This document shows, piece by piece, positions 12,697 through 26,258 of a stretch of 64,000 nt of DNA (its first letter is position 1; each line of letters begins with the position of its first letter). Origin of the DNA: Felis catus (Eukaryota); assembly GCF_018350175.1 (NCBI RefSeq), contig NC_058368.1, forward strand, positions 91,266,001 through 91,330,000, read 5' to 3'. The notes under the pieces are model-generated. The model ran no database searches. It saw only the letters and a program-made list of their open reading frames with translations, and was not told the origin of the DNA. The translations under genes were made by a program, and so were the position numbers.

Positions 12697-14410
12697 GGGG
12701 GCCTGGGTGGCTCAGTCTGTTAAACATCTGAAGTCTGGGTCACCTCATGATCTCAGTTTCTGGGTTTGAGCTCCATATCAGTGTGGAGCCTGCTGGGGAT
12801 TCTCTGTCTCTCTGTCTCTCTCTCTGCTCCTCCTCCCCTAATGCTTTTTCTCTCTCTCTCAAAAATAAATAACTAAACGTTAAAAAAAAAGTTTTCAAAA
12901 TTTTGGTATGTTGCATATGCACAAGTTTTGTAAAGAGAGACGTTCTTGTTTACCTGATTTTGAAAATAAAATTATAAAAAGTTTACACATAGTATGTGGA
13001 ATGAAGAAATATTAATAAAGAAACACTACGTCTATTCATATATGCTACTGTGTGTGCTTACACACATTTGTGTGTATGAAACAAAAATATAATCATATTT
13101 TTCATACTTTTAAAAATGTGAAATATCCAGAAAGGCAATTGGAACATACAATCCAACAATAACATAATTAAAAAATAATTTATATATAATTTATAAAATT
13201 TATAAAAAATAATTTAAAAAAAAATTTTAATGTTTATTTTTGAGAGAGAGAGTGTGCACACAGAGAGGGGCAGGGTGGGGGAGACAGAGGATTCTAAGTA
13301 GGCTCTACCTGACAGCAGAGAGCCCAATGCAGGGCTCCAACTCACCTACCATGCAATTGTGACCTGAGCTGAAGAGTGCTTAACCAACTGAGCCACCCAG
13401 GCACCCCAACACCTAATTCTAAAGACATCTCCCCAAGTTGAGAAGTAGACCCCTTCTCATATTAATAGTAGAATCTAGGTGATGGTATATGGGTGTTCAC
13501 TATAAAATTCTTTCAACTTTGTGTTTGAAAGTTTTCATAATAAAATGTTGGGAAAAACTCTGTATCGGGGTTGAGACAAAACAGATGACCACCATTCCTC
13601 CTAAGTCATTCCTCTTACAACTGAAAAATCCTGGGCAAACAATAAACAAGCATATGAAGACTCTGAAATGTGAAAAGAAGAAGGCAAATTGTAAGAACTT
13701 CAGGGCTGAGGAGCAACATGGTGATAAATTCCCTTTGTTTTTTCTTATCTTCTCCCATATCTTTCTGCTAATGTGTTCCAGAAGCTGCCATACCAGAACC
13801 TCCAACAGACACAGACCAAAAAAGCTCTAAGCCTGTTCCTCCTTGTCAAAACCAGGAAAAGGGTGGCCTAACATAGAACTTTGTTGGTAATGCCCACCTT
13901 ACTTCAAACACCAGTGGAAAAAAACACCCTCTTGCCCTGATCTGAACCATGGAAGCCAGAGGAAATAGCATATGTTTCTCAAGTGGAACGAGAGGAATTG
14001 TCAACAATGAATTCTATATCCAGTGAACATATAATTCAGGAATAAAAAGGAAATAAAGACATTTTCAAAAGATAACTAAGAGTATTGATTGCCAGCAAAC
14101 CCACCCTTAAAGAATAACTGAATGAAATACTCTAAACGAAGTAAATGGTAACAACAACAAAGGCTTGAAACTGATGAAAGAAAAGAACATAAAAATGGAT
14201 TAAAAAAGGGGTGGGGGATTGGGGCACCTGGGTGGCTCAGTCAGTTAAGCGTGCATCTGACTTCGGCTCAGGTCATGATCTCCCTGTATGTGATATCATT
14301 CATGTGATTCCAGCTCAAAGCCTGGAGCCTGCTTCAGATACTGTGTCTCCCTCTCTCTCTACCCCGACCCACCCCCCTTGCACTCTGTCTCTCTCAAAAA
14401 TAAATAAACA
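12697..14410. mobile_element. CAN-SINEs at ~12697-12890 (+), ~13215-13407 (-) and ~14221-14410 (+), embedded in old L1 fragments
   Basis: SINEC heads gggg(c/t)(g/a)cctgggtggctcagtc; L1 ORF1-like remnant around 13990-14140. Confidence 0.8.
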
Positions 14411-15336
14411 TTTAAAAAGCTTTAAAGGGGAGGGGTAAAAAAAAAACGGATACTATAAAATACACTATCCTACTCATGAGTTTCTTACATCAGACATGAT
14501 GGTTGGAGCAAAAATAACACCATTTGACATTCTCGATGTATATAATGGGAATACTTAATTATATTTTAAAAGTGAGGAGGCATGGAAGTAAGGTTTCTGC
14601 ACTCGGCTGACTGATAAGTTATGAATGTATATTGTTGTATCTAGAGCAACCATCAAAAAAAAAAAAACAAAACTACAAAGTGATACACTCTAAAACACTC
14701 TATAAATCAGGATGGAAATCTGAAAATCTTAAGAGTAACCCATGAAATGACCAGAAAAGAGAAACAGAGGAACAAGAAGCAGGAAACAAACTGAAAACTA
14801 ACTAAAATTCTTTGTCTCGCATTAATCAAATGGCTCTCAATAGGCTAAATACTGACTCTGTCCCAAGGTTTTTTGTTTTTCATTGCCTGATAAGAGTAAT
14901 AATAATTGTGAAGAAAACATGCTGCTGTAATAAGCCAGTCACAAAAAGACAAATAGCCTATAAGTCTCTTTACATGAGGTACCTAAAGTGGTCATAATCA
15001 TAGAAACAGAAAGTAGAATGGTGGTTACCAGGGGCTAGGAATGGGGAGTTAATGTTTAACCAGTACAGCATTTTAGTTTTGCAAGATGAAGAGTTGCGGT
15101 GATGGGTGGTGGTGATGGTTGCATAACACTATGAATGAATTTAAGACTACAGAACTGTACACTGAAAAGTAGTTAAGATTGTAAATTGTATTGTGTATTT
15201 TTATATTTGTAATTTACCACAATAAAAAACTTTTCAAAAAAAATTCTGCTGCTAAAAACATTCTGTACACACTGGTGTAACCTTCATAAGTTTTTCAAGG
15301 ATTTGCAGATGACTATGGGTACATAAAGATTTTCCC

Positions 15337-16783
15337 TGGCACAAGAACAGACACTCAGATCAATGGAACAGAATAGAGAACCCAGAAATGGACCCAAAAA
15401 CGTATGGCCAACTAATCTTTGACAAAGCAGGAAAGAATATCCAATGGAATAAAGACAGTCTCTTCAGCAAGTGGTGCTGGGAAAACTGGACAGTGACATG
15501 CAGAAGAATGAACCTGGACCACTTTCTTACTCCAGACACAAAACTAAAGTCAAAATGGATAAAAGACCTCAATGTAAGACAGGAAGCCATCAAAATCCTC
15601 AAGGAGAAAGCAGGCAAAAATTCTTTGACCTTGGCCGCAGCAACTTCTTACTCAACATGTCTCCGGAGGCAAGGGAAACAAAAGCAAAAATGAACTACTG
15701 GGACCTCATCAAAATAAAAAGCTTCTGCACAGCGAAGGAAATAATCAGCAAAAACTAAAAGGCAACTGACAGAATGGGAGAAGATATTTGCAAATGACAT
15801 ATCAGATAAAGGGTTAGTGTCCCAAATCTATAAAGAACTTATCAAACTCAACACCCAAAAAACAAAGAATCCAGTGAATAAATGGGCAAAAGACATGAAT
15901 AGACACTTCTCCAAAGAAGACATCCAGATGGCCAACTGACACATGAAAAAATGCTCAACATCACTCATCATCAGGGAAATACAAATCAAAACCACAATGA
16001 GATACCACCTCACACCTGTCAGAATGGCTCACATTAACCACTCAGGCAACAACATATGTTGCCGAGGATGTAGAGAAAGAGGATCTCTTTTGCATTGTTG
16101 GTGGGAATGCCAGCTGGTGCAGCCACCCTGGAAAACAGTATGGAGGTTCCTCAAAAAAACTAAAAATAGAACTACCCTACAACCCAGCAATTGCACTACT
16201 AGGTATTTATCCAAGGGATACAGGTATGCTGTTTAGAAGGGTCACCTGCACCCCAAAATTTATAGCAGCACTATCCACAATAGCCAAAGTATGGAAAGAG
16301 CCCAGATGTCCATCGATGGATGAATGGATAAAGGAAATGTGGTATATATATCGAATGGAGTATTACTCGGCAATCAAAAAGAATGAAATCTTGCCATTTG
16401 CAACTACGTGCATGGAACTGGAGGGTATTATGCTAAGTGAAATTAGTCGGAGAAATACGGAAATCATATGACTTCACTCATATGAGGATTTTAAGAGACA
16501 AAACAGATGAATGTAAGGGAAGGGAAACAAAAATAATATAAAAACAGGAGGGGGACAAACAGAAGAGACTCATAAATATGGAGAACAAACAGAGGGTTAC
16601 TGGAGGGGTTGTGGGAGGGGGGATGGGCTAAATGGGTAAGGGGCACTAAGGAATCTACACCTGAAATCATTGTTACTCTATATGCTAACTAATTTGGATG
16701 TAAATTTTAAATAAAATAGAATAAAATAAAATAAAATAATAGGTTAATTTTAAAAAATAAGTTAAAGAAACACTGAAAAAAAA
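15337..16783 (+). mobile_element. 5'-truncated, relatively young carnivore/felid L1 (ORF2 C-terminus, 3'UTR, A-rich tail)
   Basis: ORF2-like peptides (YGQLIFDK...[40 protein letters not shown]), G-rich 3'UTR, and a 12-bp TSD AAAGATTTTCCC (15325-15336, 16784-16795). Confidence 0.93.
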
Positions 16784-16822
16784 AAAGATTTTCCCAGGTG
16801 TACGTAGTTACTAGTTGTGTGG

Positions 16823-19550
16823 TTTTTTTTTTTAATTGAAGTATAGTTGACATACGATATTATATTAGTTTCAGGTGTATAGCAGTTAGTTGTGCAATGT
16901 TTATATAAGGAAGTGATCATATCATTATAAATCCAGTCTGACTTATTTCATTTAGCATAATGCCATCTAGATCCATCCATGTCACAATTTTGTTTGTGGT
17001 TGAGTAATATTCCATTGTATGTGTATACCACGTCTTTATCCATTCATCTATTGTTTCCATTTCTTGGACTATTGTAAATAATATTGAAATGAACATAGGA
17101 GTGTATATATCTTTTTTATTTAATGGGTTTTTTTTCCTTTGGATAAATACCCAGAAATGGAATTGCTGGATAACATGGTAGTTCTATTTTTAATTTTTTG
17201 AGGAAACTTGTACTGTTTTCCACAGTGGCTGCTCCAGTTTACATTCCTACCAACAGAGCATAGGGTTCCCTTTTCTCAACATCCACACCAACACTTTTGT
17301 CTTTTTGATAATAGCCATTCTGACAGGTGTGAAGTGATATCTCATTGTGGTTTCGATTTGTATTTCCTTGATAATTAGTGATATCGAGCATCATTTCATG
17401 TGTCCATTGGCCATCTATTTATCTTCTTCAGAGATATGTCTATTCAGGTACTCTGCCTATTTTTAAATTGGATTGTTTGTTTCTCTGATATTGAGCTGTG
17501 TGAGTTCTTTATATATTTTGGATATTAATCCCTTATTGGTTATATTATTTGCAAGTATTGTCTCCCATTCAGTAGGTTCCTTTTCATTTTGTTCATGGTT
17601 CTCTTTACTGTGAAAAATGTTTTTAGTTTGATGGAGTCCCATTTGTTTATTTTTGCTTTTGTTGCCCTTGCCTGAGGAGACAAATCCAAAAAAATATTGC
17701 TAAGACCAGTGTCCAAGAGATTACTGCCTTTGTTGTCTTCCAAGAGTTTTCCAGTTTTCCAGCCTCAGACTTAGATCTTTAACCCATTTTGAGTTTATTT
17801 TTGTATATCGTATAAGAAAGTGGTGCAGTTTCATTCTTTCCCATGTAGTTGTTAAGTTTTCTGAACACCACTTATCGAAGAGACTGTCTTTTCCCCATTG
17901 CCTCCTTTATCGAAGATTAATTGGCTATATAAGTGTGGGATTATTTCTGGGGTCTCTATTCTGTTCCATTTATCTGTGTATCTACATTTTATCTATGTTT
18001 TTGTGCCAGTCCCATGCTGTTTTGATTACTATAGCTTTGTAATATCGTTGGAAATCAGGGCGTGAGATGCCTCCACCTCTGTTCTCTCTCAAGATTGCTT
18101 TGGCTATTTGAGGTTCCATACAAATTTTAGGATTATTTGTTCTTCTTCTGTGATAAATGATAGGGATTGCATTGAATCTGTTCATTGCTTTGTGTAGTAT
18201 GTGCATTTTGACAATATTATTCTAATCCATGAATCTAATCTACAGTATATCCTTCCATTTATTGATATCATCTTCAACTTTATCATTGTCTTATAGTCTT
18301 AGAGTACAGGTCTTTCACCTTCTTGGCTAAATTTGTTCCTAGATGTTTTATTCTTTTTGATGCAATTGTAAATGGGATTGTTTTCTTAATCTCTTTCTGA
18401 GAGTTCATTATTAGTGTATAAAAGTGCAACAGATTTCTGTATATTAGTTTTGTATCCTGAAGCTTTACTGAATTCATTTATTATTTCTAAACTTTTTTGG
18501 TGGAGTCTTTAGGGTTTTGTATATATAGTATGTCATTTGAAAATAGTGACAGTTTTACTTCTTTAATTTGGATGCCTTTTATTTCTTTCTGTTGTCTGAT
18601 TGCTGTAGCTAGGACTTCTAACACTGTGTTCAGTGTAAGTGGCAAGAGTGGACATCCTTGTCTTGTTCCTGATTTTAGAGGAAAAGCTTTTAGTTTTCTC
18701 CCATTGAATATGATGTTAGCCGTGGGTTTGTCATATATGGCCTTTATTATGTTTGGGTATGTTTCCTCTATACCCACTTTTTGAGCACTTTTTATTCATC
18801 TGTTGAGGTCATCATATGATTTTTATTCTTTTTATTAATATGGTATATCGTGTTGAATGATTTGTGGATATTGAACCATTCTTACATCCCTGGAATAAAT
18901 CTTACTTGATCCTTGTAAGGATCTGTAATACTCTTCCTTGGATGTATTGTTGAAATCAGTTTGCTAATATTTTGTTAAGGATTTCTGCATCTATGTTCAT
19001 TGGGGATATGGGCCTGTAATTTTCCTTTTGTGTGTTATCTTTGTTTGGTTTTAATATCAAGGTAATGGTGGCCTTGTAGAATGATTTTGGAAGCATTCCT
19101 TCCTCTTCACATTTTTGAAATACTTTGAGAATGATAGGTACTAACTCTTCTTTAAATGTTAGGATAAATGTCCTATACTTTTGTTTGTTGGAAGTTTTTA
19201 AATTCAATTTTTGTTAGTAATTGGTCTGTTCAGATTGATCTTCTATTTTTGATTTAGTCTAGGAAGATTTTATGTTTCTAGAAATTTACCCATTTCTTCT
19301 AGTTTGGAACATTTTTTGGTATATAATTTTTTATAGTAGTCTCTTATAATCCTTTGTGTTTCTGTTATGTTGGTTGTAACTTTTCTTCCATTTCTGATTT
19401 TATTTATTCGAGTCCTCTCTTTTTTCCTTCATTAGTCCGACCAAAAATTTATCAATTTTGTTTCTCTTTTCAAAGAATCAGCTCTTGTCTCATTGGTCAT
19501 TTCTATTGTTTTTTCTTTAGTCTCTATTTCATTTATGTGTGCTCTGATCT
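16823..19550 (-). mobile_element. Older L1 (3' end and ORF2 including RT region), degenerate
   Basis: Poly-T at 16823, L1 3'UTR, and minus-strand peptides such as [13 protein letters not shown]...[10 protein letters not shown] and [22 protein letters not shown]. Confidence 0.9.
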
Positions 19551-19554
19551 GTAT

Positions 19555-20170
19555 CAGCTCCTCAGTCTTTCCTTCTTTTTCATGACCTTTACACTTCTGA
19601 AGAGTTCTGGTCAGGTATTTTGTACAATGCCTTTCAGTTTTGGGTTTTAGAAATGTTCTCATGGTTAGGCTATCATTATGGCTTTGGGGGAAGAATCCCA
19701 CAGAGGTGAAGGACCCTTCTCATCATGTCATATAGGGAGCACATGATATCACTGTGACTTTGAATGATGTTAACCTTGATTACTTGGTTAAGGTAGTATC
19801 ATGGTCAGGTTTCTGTATTTTAAAGTTACTGTTTTCCCTTTTCTGTACTCTGGTCTTCGGAAGTAGGTCACTAAGTCCAGCCGCCATGAAGGAAGGGGAA
19901 GAGGATTAACTTCCACCTTTTGGCAAGTTGGGGTGGGAGAAGTATCTACATATAATACTTGGAGTTTTTCTGTAAGAAAAATGTACCCCTTCTCCCCCAT
20001 TTATTTGTATATTCAATCATTTGTTTTTATTAGTATGGACTCATGTTTATTTACTTTATACTTTGGGTTATAATGCAGTACTACTTTATTTATTTATTGC
20101 TTGACTTGTTCTAGTGTTGGTCATTGGGAGCTCTTTGTTGTTGCCTGCTATGTCTCTTTGTCATGCTCCC
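19555..20170 (-). mobile_element. Ancient L1MC-like 3' fragment
   Basis: Resembles recalled L1MC 3'-end motifs (catgaccttgaca...gaagagtactgg...ttttgtagaatg). Confidence 0.5.
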
Positions 20171-20204
20171 ATCTTTTTTTTTTTTTTTTAGCTTTTCCTT
20201 ACTT

Positions 20205-20930
20205 TATTATTTTTTTAATGTTTATTTATTTTTGAGAGAGAGAGAACGCACAAGCAGGAGAGGGAGAGAGAGGAAGACACAGAATCTGAAGTAGGCTCTA
20301 GGCTCTGAGCTGTCAGCACAGAGTCCGACGAGGGGCTCAAACCCACGAACTATGAGATCATGACCTGAGCCAAAGTCGGTCGCTTAACCGACTGAGCCAC
20401 CCAGGTGCCCCTTCCTTACTTTCTTATACCTCATGTCATGTCGGCTGACAATTTCAGGAAACTGCTCTTTCAACTAAATTCTAAAAGGTATTAAATGGCA
20501 GATTGCATATCAACATCAGTTATGGGAAGTCTGTATTGTGCTTGCTTAAAATAACTTGGCTTAAAAGCTATTTATTTGTTTATACTCAAAGACCTAAGAA
20601 AGAATAAAAATAATGTCACATCCTTCTTGCCAGATATTTTCACAATACAGTAGCAGGGATCTGCCTACATATCACTGTGTCTCACATTTAAAAATCAAGA
20701 CACCCTGGGGCACCTGGGTGGCTCAGTTGGTTAAGTGGCCGACTTAAGCTCAGGTCTGATCTCACTGTTTGTGAGTTCGAGCCCCATGTTGGGCTCTGTA
20801 CTGATAGCTCAGAGCCTGGAATCCGCTTCAGATTCTGTGTCTCCCTCTCTCTCTCTCTGTGACCCTCTCCTGCTCACACTCTGTCTCTCTGTCTCTCTTT
20901 CAAAAGTAAATAAACATTAAAAAATTTTTT
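20205..20930. mobile_element. CAN-SINEs at ~20205-20410 (-) and ~20707-20930 (+)
   Basis: TSDs ttccttactt and aaaaatcaagaca respectively. Confidence 0.9.
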
Positions 20931-23669
20931 TAAAGCTTTAAAAATCAAGACAAGCCTGGACCAGTAGTTTTTGGCCGTCAACATGATATGCCTAAAGTTT
21001 AGAGCAAATAAAAGATGGCCTGTCTCGAAAATGGGTTTGGCAAGATACTGATTCTTTGTGGCTCATGAAAAGTTAGTATAGATAACTAGATTTATTAGGA
21101 ATCAGAATTCATCAGTTAGGCCAAACTGGTTTTTAATATTCATGGGATAAAAGGACAAGGTCATCTACTGAAGGCCGATTGATGTTGTGAGAGACAAAGT
21201 CCACGTGAAGCTTAGCTTCTGGCCTCAAGCACAGGGAGACAAGATACTACATGCAGGACAGTAACAATCTTTATGAGGTTGCAATACCAGTGAAAGGCTT
21301 CAGCTCATAAGAGATAGTACCAGGCTCTCCTGGAAGGCTCCATGGGCTGGCATAGCCTTGGAGCAGACACTTGAAGCACAAGTTGGAGGGAGGTGATCCC
21401 ATGTCACTGGAAAACATCTCATTTGCAATGGCCAGTGTCTGGGGAAATATGCTGGGAAGAGGGATAAGCCTCTCTTTCAACATTCACTAAGCTGAAGTCA
21501 ATTACCCAAGTTGTTTCAATTGTTTGCAAAAAGCTAGCCCCTAGTGGCTAATTAGTGCTGGATGGAAGTGCCTATGAGGAAGGGGGATAGTGTCTGCTGG
21601 GAGTCCCACCTGCAGAGAAGAGGCCCTGGAGGGTGAATTCCCAGACAGATTCCTGATTTCCTGACTGCACCCAGGGTGGACTCTGCCAGCCTGGTCCTGC
21701 ATCTGGTTCTATGGAGGAGAGGGCACTAGAGGCCCCAGATGATGCTGAGCTTTAATTTATGAGTTCAGAATTTCATGAGTTCATATCCTATGGGTGCCTC
21801 ACATGCAAGAAACCACAATAAAGGCTGATTCTGCCCAGGCCCCTGGAGTAAACTCCTTTCACTGTCTCCCCTACAGTCCCCTTATGTAGTCGGCCTGTGA
21901 AAAGTAATGCAGGGAGCCAGTGAAGATTCAGTAGAAGGTGGTCTGCAGAAGTAGGAAGATTAAAGTTCTGAGGCTCTGGTAAATTGACCAGCATATAACC
22001 TCTCATACCATAGCCAGTCTGACCCAGACCAAGGCCTTTCCTCTTTCTGTTCACACCATGATGCTGACATTTTAGAGGATTCTTTTCCTCTTTAAGGCAA
22101 ATTTGCTGTATGGTTAATGATGGCTTCTGCCCTAAGATGAATTGATGGGAACCATGTGGATACAGAGTGATCAGAGTCTGTACCATCTAGTATGTTCACT
22201 GACTTCCCTCTGTCTTCATCCTCCTTCTCATACCCAACCTTTGACTGAAAGTTGAGGGAGAGAGGGACTGAGGAATAAAACCATACCCCAAAACATGGCT
22301 ATTTCCATTCAACCCTGATGCCTCTTTGGGTCCTATAATTCAGTGAAATGTTTCCATGTTCCAGAGTAAATTTGTCAGTATTCTAGATCCCTAGATGTAA
22401 ATTCTACTACTCTGATTTTTTGTGTCGAGGAATGTCCGCTTTCCAGTTTCCCATTACATTTGCCTACCACATCATCAATGATTTTTCAATACATGATTAT
22501 TTGGGATGAAGAAAAGGTCTACTAAGCATTGTAGGGGATATGCCCATGCATAATCTATGGTACTTTCTTGAATAAGTGCATTGTGTAATAACCATATGAG
22601 ACATGTATGCAGATAGATATGGGCAATGCAAAAAATATGATGAGCCTAAAGTGGTCCTATAACCTTAAACACCAATGTTGGTCTGTTATATCTCGAACAT
22701 TTGCACTAAACTACTTCTAAAGTCAAACTCCTAGTTCAGGAAGATACATCAGGTTTACCACATATAGTCAGGTTTCCATCAGCACCAACATACATTAGGA
22801 AGTCCACATGCTATATCTGAGAAGCACTATATTGTGTGCTCCATAAATGTCTGTGGGATGTGATCAGTAAATGGGTTCAGGGAAATGCACAAATATTCCA
22901 GTCTTAAAAAAATCTGGGGAGTCTTCCAGCAGAGAATGAAGGAAGGAAAGAGAAGGAAAATAGGAGAGACAAGTCATGGAACAGATGAATATGTGAGTTG
23001 ATGACAAAATTGTAGGTATAGCTTGAGGCCAAATCATGTTAGACATTTTATTTGAAGGTAATATTTGGATTTATCCTGGCCTCTTCAATATTTTATATAA
23101 GGACTGACTGAAAAATATAATCAGTGATTTAGGATGATCAGACAGATCCTGTGTGCAGGGTAGATGTGTAGGGAGAAACAGGAGGCAGTCAGATTTACCA
23201 TAAGGCTGTTGCTGTGGTCAAGGTAAGAGTTGGTCACTGTTAGGACCAAGTCAGAAAGGAGCTGATGGTGAGAACAATGAGTACTGATTAGCACTCAGTC
23301 CTATTGGAGTTTGGGGATTGGAGATTGGAGGAGTTTGAGAAAGGAGAGAAGCGAGGGCAAGAAGGCCAGTGAGGGGAGGAATATTGAAGATTGGCCACTG
23401 GAGATTAGATGAGTGCCCTCTGGACACCAGAAAAGAGGAGGTGGGAACTTCCTTGTGGGTTCTGAGCCCTCAGGTGTAGAGTAGAAGAGGCTAGGACTCC
23501 TGGACACTTGGCCCCATGGAGTAGAACAAACTCTGGGCTTTGAATCAGAAGTCCTGGGTCCCAATCCAAATTCTATAATTAATTCATATTTTCATGTCCC
23601 TAAGATGCTATAGTAACTCTGGACACTTCAGCATCAAGGGATCCTAATTCCCTTAGCCCATTTTTAAAA

Positions 23670-23876
23670 AGGGTTTATATATTTATTTTGAGAGAGACAG
23701 AGAGAGTGCAAGCAGAGGAGGGGCAGAGACACAGGGAGAGAGAGAATCCCAAGCAGGCTTCACACTGTCAGCACAATGGAGCCCGATGCAGGGCTCCATC
23801 CCACAAACCATGAGATCATGACTTGAACCAAAATCAAGAGTCAGATGCTCAACTGACTGAGCCACCCAGGTGCCCC
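23670..23876 (-). mobile_element. CAN-SINE
   Basis: Reverse SINEC; TSD ttcccttag.ccatttt. Confidence 0.9.
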
Positions 23877-24570
23877 TTCCCTTAGACCATTTTGACTTGA
23901 AGGGATACCAAGAGTTCCATGAGAAAGTGTAGCTACTATCTGAAGTTTCCTGACTCCCATTCTGAGCAAAAAAGCACCAAAAATTTAGAATGGTAGTGAG
24001 GGAGAGTAGTGTACAGGTAGGGTTCTGAACTGTAAGAGGTTGGGAGATTGACTTGAGCCTAGGATAGAGGGAAAATTACCTAACTCAGTAACAACCAGTG
24101 ACCCTGAGAGTCAACAGGACCATTCTGTAACCAACAATTACTAGTTGTACAGCCTTGGCAATGATAACCTTTCTGTGCCTCAGTAAATTGGGGATAATTT
24201 TAACATCTCCTAATGTGAAGCCAAGAGGGCATTGATTTAGAGCCAGCTCTAAAGTCCTCTGAAATTCCCAGACCATTGTGGTGGCCACTGTCTCATGGGG
24301 TTGCTGGAATCATCCCAAAACTATCCAAATATGTCTTGTCCTGAGTTTTTGGTTGTTGGTAAAATGAGTGTTTAGAATGAGCCCTTTTTATAATTAACAA
24401 ACTTAACAGTTTTAGGACTTACAAGCAACTATCGGCCTCATTAAAAGCATGAGCATGATCATGTATCATTAATTGGAGGAATAGTCATGAGTGAGTTTAT
24501 ATCTATCTGGGACTCAGTTTCTCTGTTTATAAAATGAAACAATGTATAATAGCCAAAAATCTTCTAAACT

Positions 24571-25503
24571 CTAAAATTTTCTAGAATTTGAGATCAGTTT
24601 CCTTAAGGCTCCCTTCATATCACGATTTCTCAGACTGTAGATGAAGGGATTGACCAGGGGAGTCACCACTGTGAAGATGACAGTGGCCACCGTGTCTTGG
24701 ACTGAGTAGGAGGATGAAGGGCGCATATAGACCCCCAGGATTGCCCCATAGAAGAGGGACACCACAGTGAGATGGGATCCACATGTGGACAGGGATTTCC
24801 TTATTCCATGGGCAGATGGCAACTTCAGTACATTAGAGAGGATATACGCATATGAAATGATGATACATGTAAATGGTGTCAGAAATATCAGTCCACCCAC
24901 AGTGAATACCATCAGGTCATTGATAAAAGTATCAGAACAAGACAGCTTTAGAACTGCATAGGGGTCACAGAAAAAGTGATGCACAGTATTGTTGAAACAA
25001 AAGGTGAGTCGGACCATGAGAAGAGTGTGTAGGAGAGCATGCAGGTTTGTAATGACCCAAGAGACCACCACCAGAAGGATACAGAGTTTGGGCTTCATGA
25101 TCATGCTGTAGTGGAGTGGGCAACAGATGGCTACATAACGGTCATAGGCCATCACACTCAGAAGGAACCCATCCATGTTGATGAAAGTGATGAAGAAGTA
25201 GATCTGGGTCATGCATTCCACATAAGAGATAGACTTGCTTCCCAGTATGTGATTCAGCAGCATCTTGGGGGTTGTGACTGATGAAAAGCAGATGTCGATG
25301 CAGGAGAGGTTAGCCAAGAAGAAGTACATGGGGGTATGGAGATGACTGTCACAGCTGATGGCCAGGATGATGAGAATGTTCCCAATGATGGTGACCAGGT
25401 ACATCCACAAGAACAGCCCAAAGAGAATCTCTTCCTGCTTTGACTGCCCAGAGAGTCCCAGGAGAAGGAATTCTGTGACCGTAGTCTGGTTGTCTCTATC
25501 CAT
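24571..25503 (-). CDS. Olfactory receptor, family 1 (OR1AD-like), 310 aa, intact
   Basis: Single ORF with OR motifs: N-glycosylation site [61 protein letters not shown]. Splice acceptor ttctcccctgcag| lies 2 nt upstream of the ATG. Confidence 0.97.
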   Translation of the reverse strand: MDRDNQTTVTEFLLLGLSGQSKQEEILFGLFLWMYLVTIIGNILIILAISCDSHLHTPMYFFLANLSCIDICFSSVTTPKMLLNHILGSKSISYVECMTQIYFFITFINMDGFLLSVMAYDRYVAICCPLHYSMIMKPKLCILLVVVSWVITNLHALLHTLLMVRLTFCFNNTVHHFFCDPYAVLKLSCSDTFINDLMVFTVGGLIFLTPFTCIIISYAYILSNVLKLPSAHGIRKSLSTCGSHLTVVSLFYGAILGVYMRPSSSYSVQDTVATVIFTVVTPLVNPFIYSLRNRDMKGALRKLISNSRKF

Positions 25504-26214
25504 GTCTGCAGGGGAGAAAATATCATCATAGGGTTAGATCATATGTCAACATTTGAGCAAATATATTTTGGAACCACTTTTCCATTTGGTTGAGAATTAC
25601 CTAAAGCTGAATAGTCTTTTTCACACTTTACTATTACAGGTTTACAGAAAAACCCTGGTTAATTTAAGAGTGTTGAATTACCAGTGGCTATAGTTTTATT
25701 TATTCTACTCTTATTTACTGAGTACCATATACAGATACTTTCATGTATGGTATTTAGCCTCATCTAATAATTGAGATATTTTATTTCACTTAACATATAA
25801 AAGAACTGAGGCTCAGGGCAGTTAAGTGATATTTCCAAATTCATGAGACAAGTTAGATATCCAAATTGGGTGAAATGCTTTTTTCTGTATGGTCTTTTTT
25901 GATTCGCTAACCATTTATTGTAAAAACTTAACCATGTGGCAGGTTCTGTACTAAATGCTGTATTACAAACCTGCAAATGTTATCTGTGGCATTTATATTT
26001 TCCCAAATTATGGAAAATTTGTTGGTTTTGAAAGACCTAGTTGGTGGTTTGTCCCTAAAATTTTAGCTGCTTTTAAGTTGACCTAAGCATAGATCACAGC
26101 TGTTGGGAAGGCTGACCTAAGCACACTGTTCAGGTCGCCGTGTGAAACATTCATCTGATTTCTGATAGAAGAACAAAGACAGATATATTTTTGAAAGTGA
26201 TACACTCATGTGTG

Positions 26215-26222
<8 letters not shown>

Positions 26223-26254
<32 letters not shown>

Positions 26255-26258
26255 TGTG
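26223..26258. repeat. (TG)n microsatellite
   Basis: Directly visible. Confidence 0.95.

Noticed and set aside
15360..19207. ORFs with reverse-transcriptase/ORF2-like peptides
   Set aside because: Frameshifted L1 fragments, not a host gene or novel RT system.
21271..21483. Possible OR pseudogene remnant (…LAIA…)
   Set aside because: No other OR motifs in any frame nearby.
21535..21550. CTCF-like motif (also CCACTAGAGGCGC at ~43083)
   Set aside because: Both miss core consensus positions; too weak to call without ChIP data.
25039..25281. Identical 80-aa plus-strand ORFs at 25039 and 36716
   Set aside because: Antisense frames of the OR CDS within the identical tract; they only confirm nucleotide identity.
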